Of a DNA stretch of 57,212 nucleotides, positions 40,410-53,473 are shown piece by piece. Each line of letters begins with the position of its first letter. Positions within the stretch are counted from its first letter, which is position 1. Below the pieces are notes generated by a model that saw only the letters and a program-made list of their open reading frames with translations, was not told where the DNA came from and did no database searches. A program made the position numbers and the translations under genes. This DNA comes from an uncultured Gammaproteobacteria bacterium (lineage in GTDB: Bacteria; Pseudomonadota; Gammaproteobacteria; GCA-001735895), in NCBI GenBank assembly GCA_937894085.1, contig CALCSG010000157.1, forward strand, positions 1 through 57,212. Direction: 5' to 3'.

Positions 40410-41273
40410 TTAATGCAGCAAAGTAAACATTTTTCGACGATAGGTTTGTACTAGCGGGTTATCGTTACCCAGCATGTCAAATAATTCTATCAGGCCCTTA
40501 CGTCCGGCATCATCTTTAAAGCCACGGTCTTTCTGCATAATTTTCAACAGCAAGGAGATTGCGCCTTCATAGTTTTCAGCAGCTGTCATGTAGCTGCTCA
40601 TTTTGAACATAGCATCAAGATCATCCGGGTTGTCTATGATGCGTTGTTCAATTTCTTTCGGGTCACCAAAATCTTTTAATTGATGAGCCAGTTTTATATG
40701 ACGTAATATTTTTTTAACTTCGGGTTGATCTCTGTCTTCAGCACTTAATGTGTCGAGTAGTGCAGTCGCGCTGTCAAAGTCACTCTGGTTGGCAACCAGC
40801 TTTGCAATATTAATTTTCAGTTTTGAGTTCTGCGGATCATTTGCCAGGGCGGTGTTGAGCATTTCCAGAGCTTGCTGTACATTGCCTTCTTCATAAGCCT
40901 GTATCGCATCATTTAAAATATGATCGGATTCAGTTTGTATGTAAGGATCGAGAAATTTTCGTACTTCAGGTTCTGGCAAAGCTCCCATGAACTCATTCAC
41001 TATCTGCCCGTTTACAAATAGTTTTACAGTCGGCAGGCTTTTGACCCCGGCCTGGGCGGCAAGTGGTCCCTGCTCATCGCTATTTACCTTGGCCAGCATA
41101 AACGCACCCTTGTATTCTTCAGCAAGTTTATGCAGAACCGGAATTAAAGCCTGACAGGGCTGGCACCATTCAGCCCAGAAATCTACCAGCACAGGTTGCT
41201 TGAATGAGCTTTGAATAACCATCGATTCAAAGTTTTCAATAGTTACATTATGAATATAGGGAGAGTCGCTCAT
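40410..41273 (-). CDS. cnoX: Thioredoxin-TPR chaperedoxin CnoX/YbbN
   Basis: LVDFWAEWCQPC thioredoxin domain, TPR helices, C-terminal YRRKMFTLL. Confidence 0.92.
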   Translation of the reverse strand: MSDSPYIHNVTIENFESMVIQSSFKQPVLVDFWAEWCQPCQALIPVLHKLAEEYKGAFMLAKVNSDEQGPLAAQAGVKSLPTVKLFVNGQIVNEFMGALPEPEVRKFLDPYIQTESDHILNDAIQAYEEGNVQQALEMLNTALANDPQNSKLKINIAKLVANQSDFDSATALLDTLSAEDRDQPEVKKILRHIKLAHQLKDFGDPKEIEQRIIDNPDDLDAMFKMSSYMTAAENYEGAISLLLKIMQKDRGFKDDAGRKGLIELFDMLGNDNPLVQTYRRKMFTLLH

Positions 41274-41429
41274 CTGGCTGAATTCCGATAATAAAAGATT
41301 GCATATATATAAGGATTTAAGTTACAAAATCAAGCATGCAAGATATACTTTTGGATTGAACCTGGATAACGCAGTTGGGCGCGAAAAAGATGCGTAACAA
41401 CAGAGCTCGCCCGCTTTTAAAATTGATAA

Positions 41430-43331
<1,902 letters not shown>

Positions 43332-43537
43332 CGATTAGATAATCGTCTTTTATAGATATGTATTTATTGGGTTAACAGTGCCGAAATTCGTTTAAGAAAA
43401 CTTCTGGTTATAAAACTAAAAAATATTGTAATGTTAATTTTATCCCGGTAAATTCTAAATGAATATTTTGAACAGGACTGTAATTACACAGATAACGTCA
43501 ATATTTTTTGACTCGATTACACGGAATACATAGAACT

Positions 43538-43801
43538 TTATATGCTAATTGTTTCAGGCAAATAGTTAACTTTATCGCCAGTGTGAATAAAAGCTTCAAT
43601 GACTCCCTGGCTATGAATTTCCTGACCCATTAAACGTGTCTGCACTTGTACCACTTTGAGTTGCGTTTCATCCAGTACTTTCACAAACAACGGGTATTGA
43701 CTGGCATACAGTAACGGCCTATGCCATGCCTGTGTTTCAATTGCGCTTCGAGTCGCATTATCATAATTATCCAGCTGAAGTAACCAGCTCGCAGGCCAGT
43801 T
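43538..43801 (-). pseudogene. Start-less 87-codon open frame, possible gene remnant
   Basis: Minus frame NWPASWLLQLDNYDNATRSAIETQAWHRPLLY...LPETISI* is open between two TAA codons and has protein-like composition. Confidence 0.35.
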
Positions 43802-43805
43802 TTAT

Positions 43806-44555
43806 TTATGAATTCATAAACTCAGCCAGCCGCCGCTGATAATTCGGATTTGAAGAAATATCATTATGCGCCGATCCATCGATCATTTGTGCTTCTGTCG
43901 GAGGTAATACCTGTAACAGTTTTTTGGTGTGTTTCATCGGCACCACCAGATCATGCGCCGCATATAAAACCAGAATCTGACTACTGATTGAGGGCGCATA
44001 GTTTAGCGAATTGAAAGTGTCTTTGATTAACCATTTTACCGGGAAGACAGGGTAGTGTGATTGTGCAACATTACTGATACTGTCATAAGGTGTAATCAAT
44101 GCCAGTTTAGCAACATCCCGCTTAGCAGCAAGATAACAGGCGACTCCTGAACCCAGGCTCCGGCCGATAACACTGATTGAGGTATGCTGCGTTTTTAACT
44201 GGTCATAAATTGACAGCGCATCGTCGAATAATGCTTTTTCTGTTGGCGAACCAGAGCTACCGCCATAACCCCGATAGTTTACGATATATACGGTGAAGTC
44301 ACTGAACATCCTCCTGTAGTCAGCAATATTTTCCTCTACTGCTTCCGAGTTTCCACCAAAATAGATGATGGCCGGTTTTCCCTGATTCAGCTTCCAGATT
44401 TTTAGTCTATGTTTTGAAACTTTTAGCCACAGGCTTTCTGCATCGACATTAGAGTTTTCCGCTGTTGGGTAGTACAGAATGCTGCGTTGCTTAACATACA
44501 GCAACAGGCAGGCCAGGGCATATAAAGAAAGCAGAATTGATATAATTTTTAACAT
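43806..44555 (-). CDS. Alpha/beta hydrolase (ABHD13-like), N-terminal TM
   Basis: YFGGN.E, NYRGYGGS.G.P.E, nucleophile GRSLG, D.VVP and AHND motifs. Confidence 0.92.
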   Translation of the reverse strand: MLKIISILLSLYALACLLLYVKQRSILYYPTAENSNVDAESLWLKVSKHRLKIWKLNQGKPAIIYFGGNSEAVEENIADYRRMFSDFTVYIVNYRGYGGSSGSPTEKALFDDALSIYDQLKTQHTSISVIGRSLGSGVACYLAAKRDVAKLALITPYDSISNVAQSHYPVFPVKWLIKDTFNSLNYAPSISSQILVLYAAHDLVVPMKHTKKLLQVLPPTEAQMIDGSAHNDISSNPNYQRRLAEFMNS

Positions 44556-44652
44556 ATAGGTAGTTTATCACTTCGTGGATTAAAACTATTCGTAAAAAAA
44601 TGATCAGCAGGTAGAATACGGCCAGATTAAATTATCCTGATTAAAAACAGCT

Positions 44653-46908
44653 ATGCCTGAAAACCTGGAATTAAATTACGAAGGGGTGGAACGAGAACCC
44701 CTACGAGAATTTACCGAAAAAGCTTACCTGGATTATTCCATGTACGTCATTCTCGATCGTGCATTACCGCATATCGGCGACGGTTTGAAACCGGTGCAAC
44801 GTCGAATTATCTATGCCATGTCAGAGCTCGGGTTATCGGCCAGTTCCAAACATAAAAAATCGGCGCGAACTGTCGGTGATGTACTGGGTAAATTTCACCC
44901 TCATGGTGACTCTGCCTGTTACGAAGCGATGGTTTTGATGGCACAGAATTTTTCTTATCGCTATCCGTTGATTGATGGTCAGGGTAATTTTGGTTCACCG
45001 GATGATCCAAAATCATTTGCCGCGATGCGTTACACTGAATCCCGACTGTCAGCGATCGCCAAAGTGTTGCTACAGGAACTTGGGCAGGGCACGGTTGACT
45101 GGGTACCGAATTTCGATGGCACGATGCAGGAACCTTCCTTACTGCCTGCTCGTCTGCCTCATATTTTACTCAATGGTACTACCGGAATTGCGGTTGGTAT
45201 GGCAACCGATTTACCGCCACATAATTTGCGTGAAGTGGCAGCCGCCTGTATCCGTTTACTGGATAATTCACGAACTACTCTGGATGAATTACTGGAGCAT
45301 ATAAAGGGACCGGATTACCCTACTGAGGCTGAAATAATCACTCCGTCTGAAGATCTTAGGTCGATGTATGAAACCGGGCATGGCAGCATCCGCATGCGTG
45401 CTATTTATGAGAAAGAAGAAGGCGATATTATCATTACCGCATTACCGCACCAGGTATCAGGGGCTAAAATTCTGGAGCAGATCGCGCACCAGATGCAGGC
45501 CAAAAAATTACCGATGGTGGATGATCTTCGAGATGAATCCGATCATGAAAACCCGACTCGCCTGGTTATTGTGCCGCGTTCAAACCGTATCGATATTCAC
45601 GGATTAATGAACCACCTGTTTGCTTCAACCGACCTCGAAAAAACCTATCGTGTAAACATGAACATGATCGGTACGAACGGGCGGCCCCAGGTTAAAAATC
45701 TGAAGCATATCCTGCAGGAATGGGTCGCATTTCGTATGGCTACCGTACGACGTCGACTGGAATGGCGACTGGACAAGGTTGATAAGCGCTTGCACATTCT
45801 GGAAGGTCTATTAATAGCCTTCCTCAACCTGGATGAAGTTATTCGTATCGTTCGTTACGAAGATGAACCGAAAATGGTATTGATGAAAACCTTCAATATC
45901 AGCGATATTCAGGCTGAGGCTATTCTGGAAACCAAGTTGCGAAACCTGGCCAAGCTTGAAGAAATGAAAATTCGTGCTGAACAGGACGAATTGATGTTAG
46001 AAAAAGCAGGTCTGGAAAAAATCCTGGGTTCTGAACGACGCATGAAAACCCTGATCAAAAATGAAATAATAGAAGATGCCGAAACTTATGGTGACGACAG
46101 ACGGTCACCGATAGTGAGTCGTAAAGCCGCCAAAGCCATGGATGAATCTGATCTGGTTCCATCTGAAGCACTGACTGTAGTGATTTCCAGCAAAGGCTGG
46201 GTGAGAGCCGCCAAAGGACATGATGTTGATGGGGCTGCTCTGAATTATAAGTCTGGCGACAGCTTCCTGGCTGCTGCACAGGGTAAGAGTAATCAGCTGG
46301 TGGTCTTTATCGACTCCAGTGGTCGCAGTTATTCGGCGCAGGCACATTCTCTGCCTTCAGCCAGAGGGCAGGGAGAGCCTCTGACAGGGCGTTTTAAAAC
46401 TGCAGTTGGAGTTGAATTTTCGTCTACCTTGATGGGGCGGGATGATGAACTGTTTTTGTTGTCAACCACTTTCGGTTATGGTTTTATCTGTAAATTTTCA
46501 GATATGCTTACAAAGAGTAAGAATGGTAAAGCGTTAATTTCTATTCCCGCCGGTGCGGAATTATTACCACCTGTAGCTATCACCGATGTTGAAAATCAAC
46601 AGATAGTTGCGATAACCAGTGAAGGTTATATTGGTGTAATTGCACTGAAGGAAATACCTCAGTTAAGCAAGGGAAAAGGGAATAAAATTATTAACGTACC
46701 ACCGCAAAAACTGAAAGCGAAAGAAGAGCTGGTTGGAGCAATTCATTGTGTAACCGAACAGGACAAAATAACCGTACACGTAGGTAAAAAATTCAAAACC
46801 ATGAATTATCGTGAATTGCAGGACTATGTCATAGAGCGCGGTAAAAGAGGCAGTAAGTTACCTCGAGGCTGGCAGAATGTGGACTGGGTTGAGCTGATTG
46901 AAAAGTAA
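44653..46908 (+). CDS. parC: DNA topoisomerase IV subunit A
   Basis: [25 protein letters not shown] and AAMRYTE motifs. Confidence 0.97.
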   Translation: MPENLELNYEGVEREPLREFTEKAYLDYSMYVILDRALPHIGDGLKPVQRRIIYAMSELGLSASSKHKKSARTVGDVLGKFHPHGDSACYEAMVLMAQNFSYRYPLIDGQGNFGSPDDPKSFAAMRYTESRLSAIAKVLLQELGQGTVDWVPNFDGTMQEPSLLPARLPHILLNGTTGIAVGMATDLPPHNLREVAAACIRLLDNSRTTLDELLEHIKGPDYPTEAEIITPSEDLRSMYETGHGSIRMRAIYEKEEGDIIITALPHQVSGAKILEQIAHQMQAKKLPMVDDLRDESDHENPTRLVIVPRSNRIDIHGLMNHLFASTDLEKTYRVNMNMIGTNGRPQVKNLKHILQEWVAFRMATVRRRLEWRLDKVDKRLHILEGLLIAFLNLDEVIRIVRYEDEPKMVLMKTFNISDIQAEAILETKLRNLAKLEEMKIRAEQDELMLEKAGLEKILGSERRMKTLIKNEIIEDAETYGDDRRSPIVSRKAAKAMDESDLVPSEALTVVISSKGWVRAAKGHDVDGAALNYKSGDSFLAAAQGKSNQLVVFIDSSGRSYSAQAHSLPSARGQGEPLTGRFKTAVGVEFSSTLMGRDDELFLLSTTFGYGFICKFSDMLTKSKNGKALISIPAGAELLPPVAITDVENQQIVAITSEGYIGVIALKEIPQLSKGKGNKIINVPPQKLKAKEELVGAIHCVTEQDKITVHVGKKFKTMNYRELQDYVIERGKRGSKLPRGWQNVDWVELIEK

Positions 46909-47357
46909 AATTGTTATGTTGCCAAATATTCTTTTTCAGGTTGAAAGTCTTGAAGGTGCAGATATTCATCGATCTGCTTAAGCCTGACCGGCTGATTTTG
47001 GTTAGGTTAAGAATAGTCTCTTTACAGCCAGGGCTACTATTCAGGCCGAACTATCCGTTAGGCAATTCAGTGGCCTGAATAATTTTACTTTTATTGGCCT
47101 TAGTTCGACAGTTAAAATTATGCTCTTAAATGCAAGGCTTTAGCTACTCACTATCCTCGGTCAAGAAATGTAGGTCATCTGATTAAATTTTTTTGGGTGC
47201 GCTGTGCGCAGCATTGAATTTCAGTACCAATATCAAGTGGATTAAGTTATTGAAAGTTTACACGACATATCCGCTAGAAGTGAATTTCCTGACGAATATA
47301 ATACATTACTAATGGGGGATATTTTTTAGCTCTGGTCGCTCATGTATGGAGAATTAA

Positions 47358-48515
47358 ATGAATAAACCATTGCTTGTTTCACTGGTTGTCGTGCTGCTAT
47401 TGACGATATGGATGGTCAGTGGACAAATTTCTGCAACCCGTTCGACCCCGGAAGTAGAGGCAGTCACTCAGGCGGAAAAAAAAGCCACTGCGGTGATGCG
47501 AGTTCGAGTGAAAAACCTGCCATCACAGACTGTTATACGTGAAGTAGTTATTCAGGGGCAGATCGAGCCCTCGCAAAGCGTTTTTGTCGCCGCAGAAACT
47601 ATCGGTGTAGTGTCAAAGATTGTCGTTAAAAAAGGTCAGCGGGTTAAGGCTGGCGATTTATTAATTGAATTAAACATGGATGACCGTAACGCCCGTTTAC
47701 GTGAAGCAAGTGCTTTATTAAAACTGCGACAGACAGAACATGAAGCCGTAGTTAAGTTACACAGGGAGGGGTTACAGACAAACACCGAACTGGCTGTTGC
47801 TGAATCACAACTGGAAGCGGCAAAAGCGGTCTTACAACTGGTAGAACTGGATATCCAGCATACTCGTTTACGGGCACCTTTTGCCGGGGTGATCAATGAT
47901 CAGTTAGTCGAGCCAGGTGATTTTCTGGATAGAGGCAAACCGGCCGTGTTGCTGGTCAATGATAGTCAGTTGCTGGCCGTCGGTAATGTACCGCAGCAGA
48001 GCATACAGTCTGTGAAAGCGGGTCAAACGGCCAGGATAAAACTGTTAACCGGCCAACAGCTGCAGGGTCAGATCAGTTTTGTATCAGCAACCGCAGAAAC
48101 CTCTACCCGCAGCTTTCGCATCGAAGTTGAAATCGATAATAAAGCACACCAGGTAATGGCCGGATTGAGCGGAGAAATTCATATACCGGTAGAACAGGTT
48201 GCCGCTCACTTTCTATCTCCAGCGATGCTGACCCTGAATGATGAGGGTGAGCTGGGAGTTAAAGCGGTAGACTCGACCAACCATGTACTTTTTCATGCAG
48301 TCGCCATTATTAAAACAACGCCAAAAGGTGCCTGGGTCAGTGGACTACCAGAGCAGGTAAGGGTAATCACTCTGGGTCAGGGTTTTGTGCGTGCTGGAGA
48401 TACGGTTGATGCAGTCACTGAAACAGTCGATGACGATATAGATAATAAACAGTCTTTGTTTACTTTACCCGTTAAACCAGACCCTGCCGGTTATGCATCG
48501 TTACAAACAGGGTAA
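47358..48515 (+). CDS. RND efflux periplasmic adaptor (MFP) subunit
   Basis: N-terminal TM, lipoyl halves G.V..I.VKKGQRV.AGD and RAPFAG, TRSFRIE, GAWVSGL. Confidence 0.92.
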   Translation: MNKPLLVSLVVVLLLTIWMVSGQISATRSTPEVEAVTQAEKKATAVMRVRVKNLPSQTVIREVVIQGQIEPSQSVFVAAETIGVVSKIVVKKGQRVKAGDLLIELNMDDRNARLREASALLKLRQTEHEAVVKLHREGLQTNTELAVAESQLEAAKAVLQLVELDIQHTRLRAPFAGVINDQLVEPGDFLDRGKPAVLLVNDSQLLAVGNVPQQSIQSVKAGQTARIKLLTGQQLQGQISFVSATAETSTRSFRIEVEIDNKAHQVMAGLSGEIHIPVEQVAAHFLSPAMLTLNDEGELGVKAVDSTNHVLFHAVAIIKTTPKGAWVSGLPEQVRVITLGQGFVRAGDTVDAVTETVDDDIDNKQSLFTLPVKPDPAGYASLQTG

Positions 48516-48520
48516 TTCGT

Positions 48521-51500
48521 ATGTTAAAAATAATTGATGCGGCATTCGACCGGGGACGTACAGCAATTTTACTGCTCTGCTTTATTCTAATCAGCGGAGC
48601 CTTATCCTACCTTTCAATCCCCAAAGAATCTGAACCGGATGTGGCTATTCCTATCATTTATATATACATGGGACACGAAGGTATATCTCCTGAAGATGCC
48701 GAACGATTACTGGTGCGTCCGATGGAAAAGGAATTGCAGTCGATAGAAGGGATAAAGCAGGTATCCGGTACAGCTGGTTAGGGGTTCGGTTCAGTCTTAC
48801 TGGAGTTTGACGCGGGTTTTGACAGCAAAAAAGCCTTACAGGATGTGCGTGCAAAAGTTGACGTGGCAAAATTACCAGCGAGTACCGATGAACCTACCGT
48901 AAATGAAATTAATGTAGCTCTGTTCCCGGTGCTTACAGTGAATTTATCCGGACCGATTCCCGAGCGCGGCCTGCTGAAAATTGCGCGTCAACTGAAAGAT
49001 GAAATTGAAGCTTTACCCGGTGTGCTGGAAGTTGATATCGGAGGTGATCGTGAAGAAGTCATGGAAATTCTGGTCGACCCTACAGTGATGGAAACTTACT
49101 CGATCAATTACGATGAATTATTCGCATTAATCAGCCGTAACAATTTACTGGTGGCCGCCGGTGCACTGGATACCGGTGCGGGCCGAATGGTATTAAAAGT
49201 GCCCGGTGTCATCGAAAATATCGACGATGTACTGCATCTCCCCGTCAAGGTTGCAGATAACAGGGTAGTCACCTTTGGTGATGTTGCGACGGTACGACGA
49301 ACTTTTAAGGACCCCCAGGGATTTGCCCGAATCGATGGAGAACCTGGCATTGCACTGGAAATTAAAAAACGCATTGGTGCCAACATCATTGAAACTATCG
49401 AGCAAATTCGACACATCGTCTCCAGGCAGAAACAACTGTGGCCGGAAAGTGTCAATGTCGGTTTTATGCAGGATAAATCGGAAGATATCCGTGATATTCT
49501 GGGCGACCTGCAAAATAACGTATTAACGGCCGTCATCCTGGTGATGATAGTGGTGATTGCGGCGCTCGGTATGCGTTCAGCTTTACTGGTCGGGCTGGCT
49601 ATTCCAGGTTCATTCCTGGCCGGTATTCTGGTTTTAAACATGGCCGATTACACTCTCAATATTATTACCCTGTTCAGTTTAATCCTGGTCGTGGGTATGC
49701 TGGTGGATGGAGCCATTGTAGTGATAGAACTGGCAGACCGAAAAATGGGTGAAGGGCTGGAACGCAAGGAAGCCTATGCTTTTGCCGCCAAAAGGATGTC
49801 ATGGCCGGTTATTGCATCGACGGCAACGACGCTGGCGGTATTCACGCCACTTGTGTTCTGGCCCGGGGTGATCGGTGAATTTATGAAATACCTGCCCATC
49901 ACCGTGATGATTTGCCTCAGCGCTTCTTTATTTATGGCGTTAATTTTCATCCCGGTGATTGGTGGCATGGTGGGTAAACGCAACGCGGATAAAAAGGTTG
50001 AAGCCTCCTTGCTGGCCGCCGAAAGTGGTGACCTGGGCAGTATTGGCGGAATGACCGGCAGTTATCTTCGACTATTAAATGTATTATTAAAACGCCCATT
50101 GTTAACCCTGTTTGTTGCTCTGCTAATGCTAGTGGGAAGTTATGCCAGTTACGCCACATTTGGACTGGGTGTCGAGTTTTTCCCGGAAGTAGAGCCCAAA
50201 TTTTCAATGATACAGATTCACGCCCGCGGTGATTTATCGGTGTATGAAAAAGATCGGCTGGTGCGCCAGGTCGAACAACGTATTCTGGATATGGACGAGA
50301 TACGTGTTAAATATGCTCGAACTTTCAATCAGGGTGGCGGCAACAATCGGGCAGAAGATGTAATTGGGGTGATACAAATGGAATTTGTGGACTGGAAACA
50401 GCGGCGCAAGGCAAATATTATTCTGGATGATATTCGTCAGCGAACCGCCGATATCACTGGTATTATCCTCGAATTACGTAAGGAGGAAAATTGCCCGGGT
50501 CAGGGTAAACCGATCAATATACAGGTCTCTGCAGGTCGACTTGAACTACTCAACCCCAGCACCCAGATCATCCGTGATGTCATCGATAAACTGGACGGAT
50601 TCAGTGATGTGGAAGATAATCGTGCTTTACCCGGCATTGAATGGCGACTGGAAGTAAATCGCGAACTGGCCGCGCGGTATGGAGCAGATGTTTCATTATT
50701 GGGCAATGCCGTTCAAATGATTACTAATGGCATCAATATCGCCAGTTATCGTCCGGATGATACTGACGAAGAGCTGGATATCCGTGTACGTTTTCCGCTT
50801 GCAGAACGCAGCCTGGACCAGCTCGACCAATTACGAATACCTACCCTGAATGGCATGGTATCAATCAGTAATTTTGTGAAACTGGTACCGGCACAGAAAA
50901 CTGGAACCCTGGAACGGGTCGATGCACACCGTGTTATTACAATCCAGTCAGATGTTGAAGAGGGGCTGCTGGTTGATGACCAGTTAACCCGTTTACGTGC
51001 GGCATTAGCGCAAACTAATTTCGATGCTTCGGTGGATATTACATTTAAAGGCGAAGACGAAGAGCAGCGTGACACAATGGCTTTTCTAAGCAAAGCTTTT
51101 GCCACAGCCATTTTTTTAATGGCGGTTATTCTGGTTACCCAGTTCAATAGTATTTATCAAATGTTACTGGTACTCAGCGCTATTATTTTTTCAACCGCTG
51201 GCATTTTACTGGGGCTACTGATTAGCGCGCAACCATTTGGTATTGTCATGGTGGGTATTGGCATCATCGCGCTGGCCGGTATCGTGGTGAATAACAACAT
51301 CGTTTTGATCGATACCTACAATGTGTTGCGTAAAGCAGGAATGGATAGTATGCAGGCGGCGATGCGGACCGGTGCTCAACGTCTGCGCCCGGTGATATTG
51401 ACTGCAGTGACCACCGTATTGGGCTTGATGCCAATGGTGTTATCTCTGAATATAGATATCATCAATCGTTCAATCACCTATGGCGCACCATCCAGCCAAT

Positions 51501-51613
51501 GGTGGACCCAGCTGTCAACCGCGATTGCCGGTGGATTAACATTTGCCACCGTACTGACCCTGATATTAACTCCCTGCCTGCTGGTTCTGGGGGATCGTTT
51601 ATTTAAAACTTGA
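48521..51613 (+). pseudogene. AcrB/AcrD/AcrF-family RND permease interrupted by one in-frame TAG (48779-48781)
   Basis: ORFs 48521-48781 and 48845-51613 share a frame and together give about 1030 codons; GMLVDGAIVV, GIVVNNNIVLID and RLRPVILT motifs. Confidence 0.85.
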
Positions 51614-51912
51614 ATCCGTAGCTTCAGGTAAAAATTCTGAATTTACGCAATAATTTGCCACTATGTTTTTATGGCAAATGGTTTTCACACTCCCTGTCAA
51701 AGAAGCGGACAAGCAGATAAGCTAGCTGTAAAATCAGTAATTGACCATAGAGGTCATTCCTGCAGGTTGGAGTCTTCGTCGGGTCAGTTGCGTTAGCGGA
51801 CTAGTTAGTGATTCTATTGCTATAGAACTAATAACATGCAACAGGCTTGTCCAAATATCTAGCCTAATAACCAGTTCGTCCCTATAATCCCAAAACAAAA
51901 AATGAGGTTGAT

Positions 51913-52695
51913 ATGAAAGTATTAGGAATAGACGTCGGTGGTTCAGGGATAAAAGGTGCGGTTGTCGAGACTGCAACAGGTGAATTACTGACAGAGCGTC
52001 ACCGTATCCCAACTCCTCAGCCAGCAACTCCCAAAGCTGTGGCCAATACCATTAAAGAACTGGTTGATCATTTCGGATGGAAAGGCCTGATAGGCTGCGG
52101 CTTCCCAGCTGCGATAACTCATGGTTTTGCGCGCACAGCGTCGAATGTTGATAAATCGTTTATTAACACAAATATTGCTAAGCTTTTTTCCAAAACCTGT
52201 GGGCAGGATGTTTACTGTGTCAATGATGCAGATGCTGCCGGCGAAGCTGAGGTTACCCTGGGCGAGGGTAAAGGGGTTGAGGGAACTGTGATTATGGTAA
52301 CGATCGGGACTGGATTAGGTACTGCAATATTTGTCAACGGTGAGCTACTTCCAAATACCGAACTGGGTCATATCTATCTGGATAATGGCATAGAAGCAGA
52401 AATTTATGCCTCTGATGCTACTCGGGAAAGAGAGGGATTGAAGCGTAAAAAGTGGGCAGCCCGTTTTAATCTGTATTTGAATACGCTGGAAAACTTATTC
52501 TGGCCAGATTTGTTTATTCTGGGCGGTGGAAGCAGTAAGAAGCTGTCGAAGTTTTCGGATTTACTCACAGTTAAAACACCTGTAGTGGCTGCGTCGATGC
52601 TGAATGAGGCGGGGATTGTTGGAGCCGCCATCTATGCTCAAACAGAGCGAAAAAGACTGCAGGATATGGCCAGAAAAAATTCGGCAGCGAAGTAG
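51913..52695 (+). CDS. ppgK: Polyphosphate glucokinase (ROK family)
   Basis: [49 protein letters not shown] and [10 protein letters not shown]; lacks the ROK Cys zinc motif. Confidence 0.85.
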   Translation: MKVLGIDVGGSGIKGAVVETATGELLTERHRIPTPQPATPKAVANTIKELVDHFGWKGLIGCGFPAAITHGFARTASNVDKSFINTNIAKLFSKTCGQDVYCVNDADAAGEAEVTLGEGKGVEGTVIMVTIGTGLGTAIFVNGELLPNTELGHIYLDNGIEAEIYASDATREREGLKRKKWAARFNLYLNTLENLFWPDLFILGGGSSKKLSKFSDLLTVKTPVVAASMLNEAGIVGAAIYAQTERKRLQDMARKNSAAK

Positions 52696-52720
52696 GTAAG
52701 GGCTATAACCTGAAGCTTTT

Positions 52721-52743
52721 TCAATCCTGCTGGCCAGGATTGA
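52721..52743 (+). terminator. Hairpin after ppgK, possible terminator
   Basis: TCAATCCTG-ctggc-CAGGATTGA, 25 nt after the stop. Confidence 0.45.
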
Positions 52744-53029
52744 TATTCAATATATGTTCGGCAGGCACTGAGGGAGAAGTATCAGTCTCACTGTTAAGCT
52801 ATTTCATTGCTACATAATCTGTCCATAGTTATGTCACTAGCTGCATTCAGACACGAAGTACTGAGAACATCGTGACCGGCGCAACGTACTGTAGGACAAC
52901 GCCCAACTCAACATAAATATAAAATTATCTTCAGCTATAGGCGTACGCTTCGCCGGATAGTTTATTTTTTTGTAAGTTGTGCTCACAGCAAAGTATACAA
53001 TGAACAGCCTAACCCTGATTGGAGCCATC

Positions 53030-53377
53030 ATGACAAAAAACCAGATTGAGCAATTAAAACAAAAACTGTTGGCTCAAAGGCTGGAAATTCATGACCTTCA
53101 AACCACTCTTATTGAGAGCAGCAAGACTGTAGATTTAGATCAATCGAAGGTTGGAAGGTTATCACGCATGGATGCCATGCAAGGGCAACAAATAGCTATG
53201 GAAGCATCTAGAAGGCGTAAACTACAGCTAATCAATATTGAGAGTGCTTTAAATCGTATAGAAAATAGTGAATACGGTTATTGCCTGGAATGTGGAGAAG
53301 ACATTTATATTCGTCGGCTTGAGTTTGATCCGGCAAATAGCCTATGCATTGTTTGTGCTGAAATAAAGGAAAATTAA
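53030..53377 (+). CDS. TraR/DksA family C4 zinc-finger protein
   Basis: LDQ..VGRLSRMDAMQ coiled coil, AL.RI....YGYC..CGE.I...RL...P....C..C; start at ATG 53030 with GGAG RBS. Confidence 0.9.
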   Translation: MTKNQIEQLKQKLLAQRLEIHDLQTTLIESSKTVDLDQSKVGRLSRMDAMQGQQIAMEASRRRKLQLINIESALNRIENSEYGYCLECGEDIYIRRLEFDPANSLCIVCAEIKEN

Positions 53378-53473
53378 GTTTTCAGCTTAAGGATAGCGCC
53401 TGGCGCACATATAGTGCTGGCACATACGGTAGGCTGAAATATGTTTCAGGTTATTGACCGGTTGATTTTCCGC

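Noticed and set aside
43484-43536. TTACACAGAT / TTACACGGAATACATAGAA as another 9-bp repeat arm
   Set aside because: Too degenerate and has no inverted partner
48779-48781. Pyrrolysine or genome-wide TAG recoding
   Set aside because: Only one in-frame TAG was seen, TAG terminates ppgK normally, and no pyl genes are in the window
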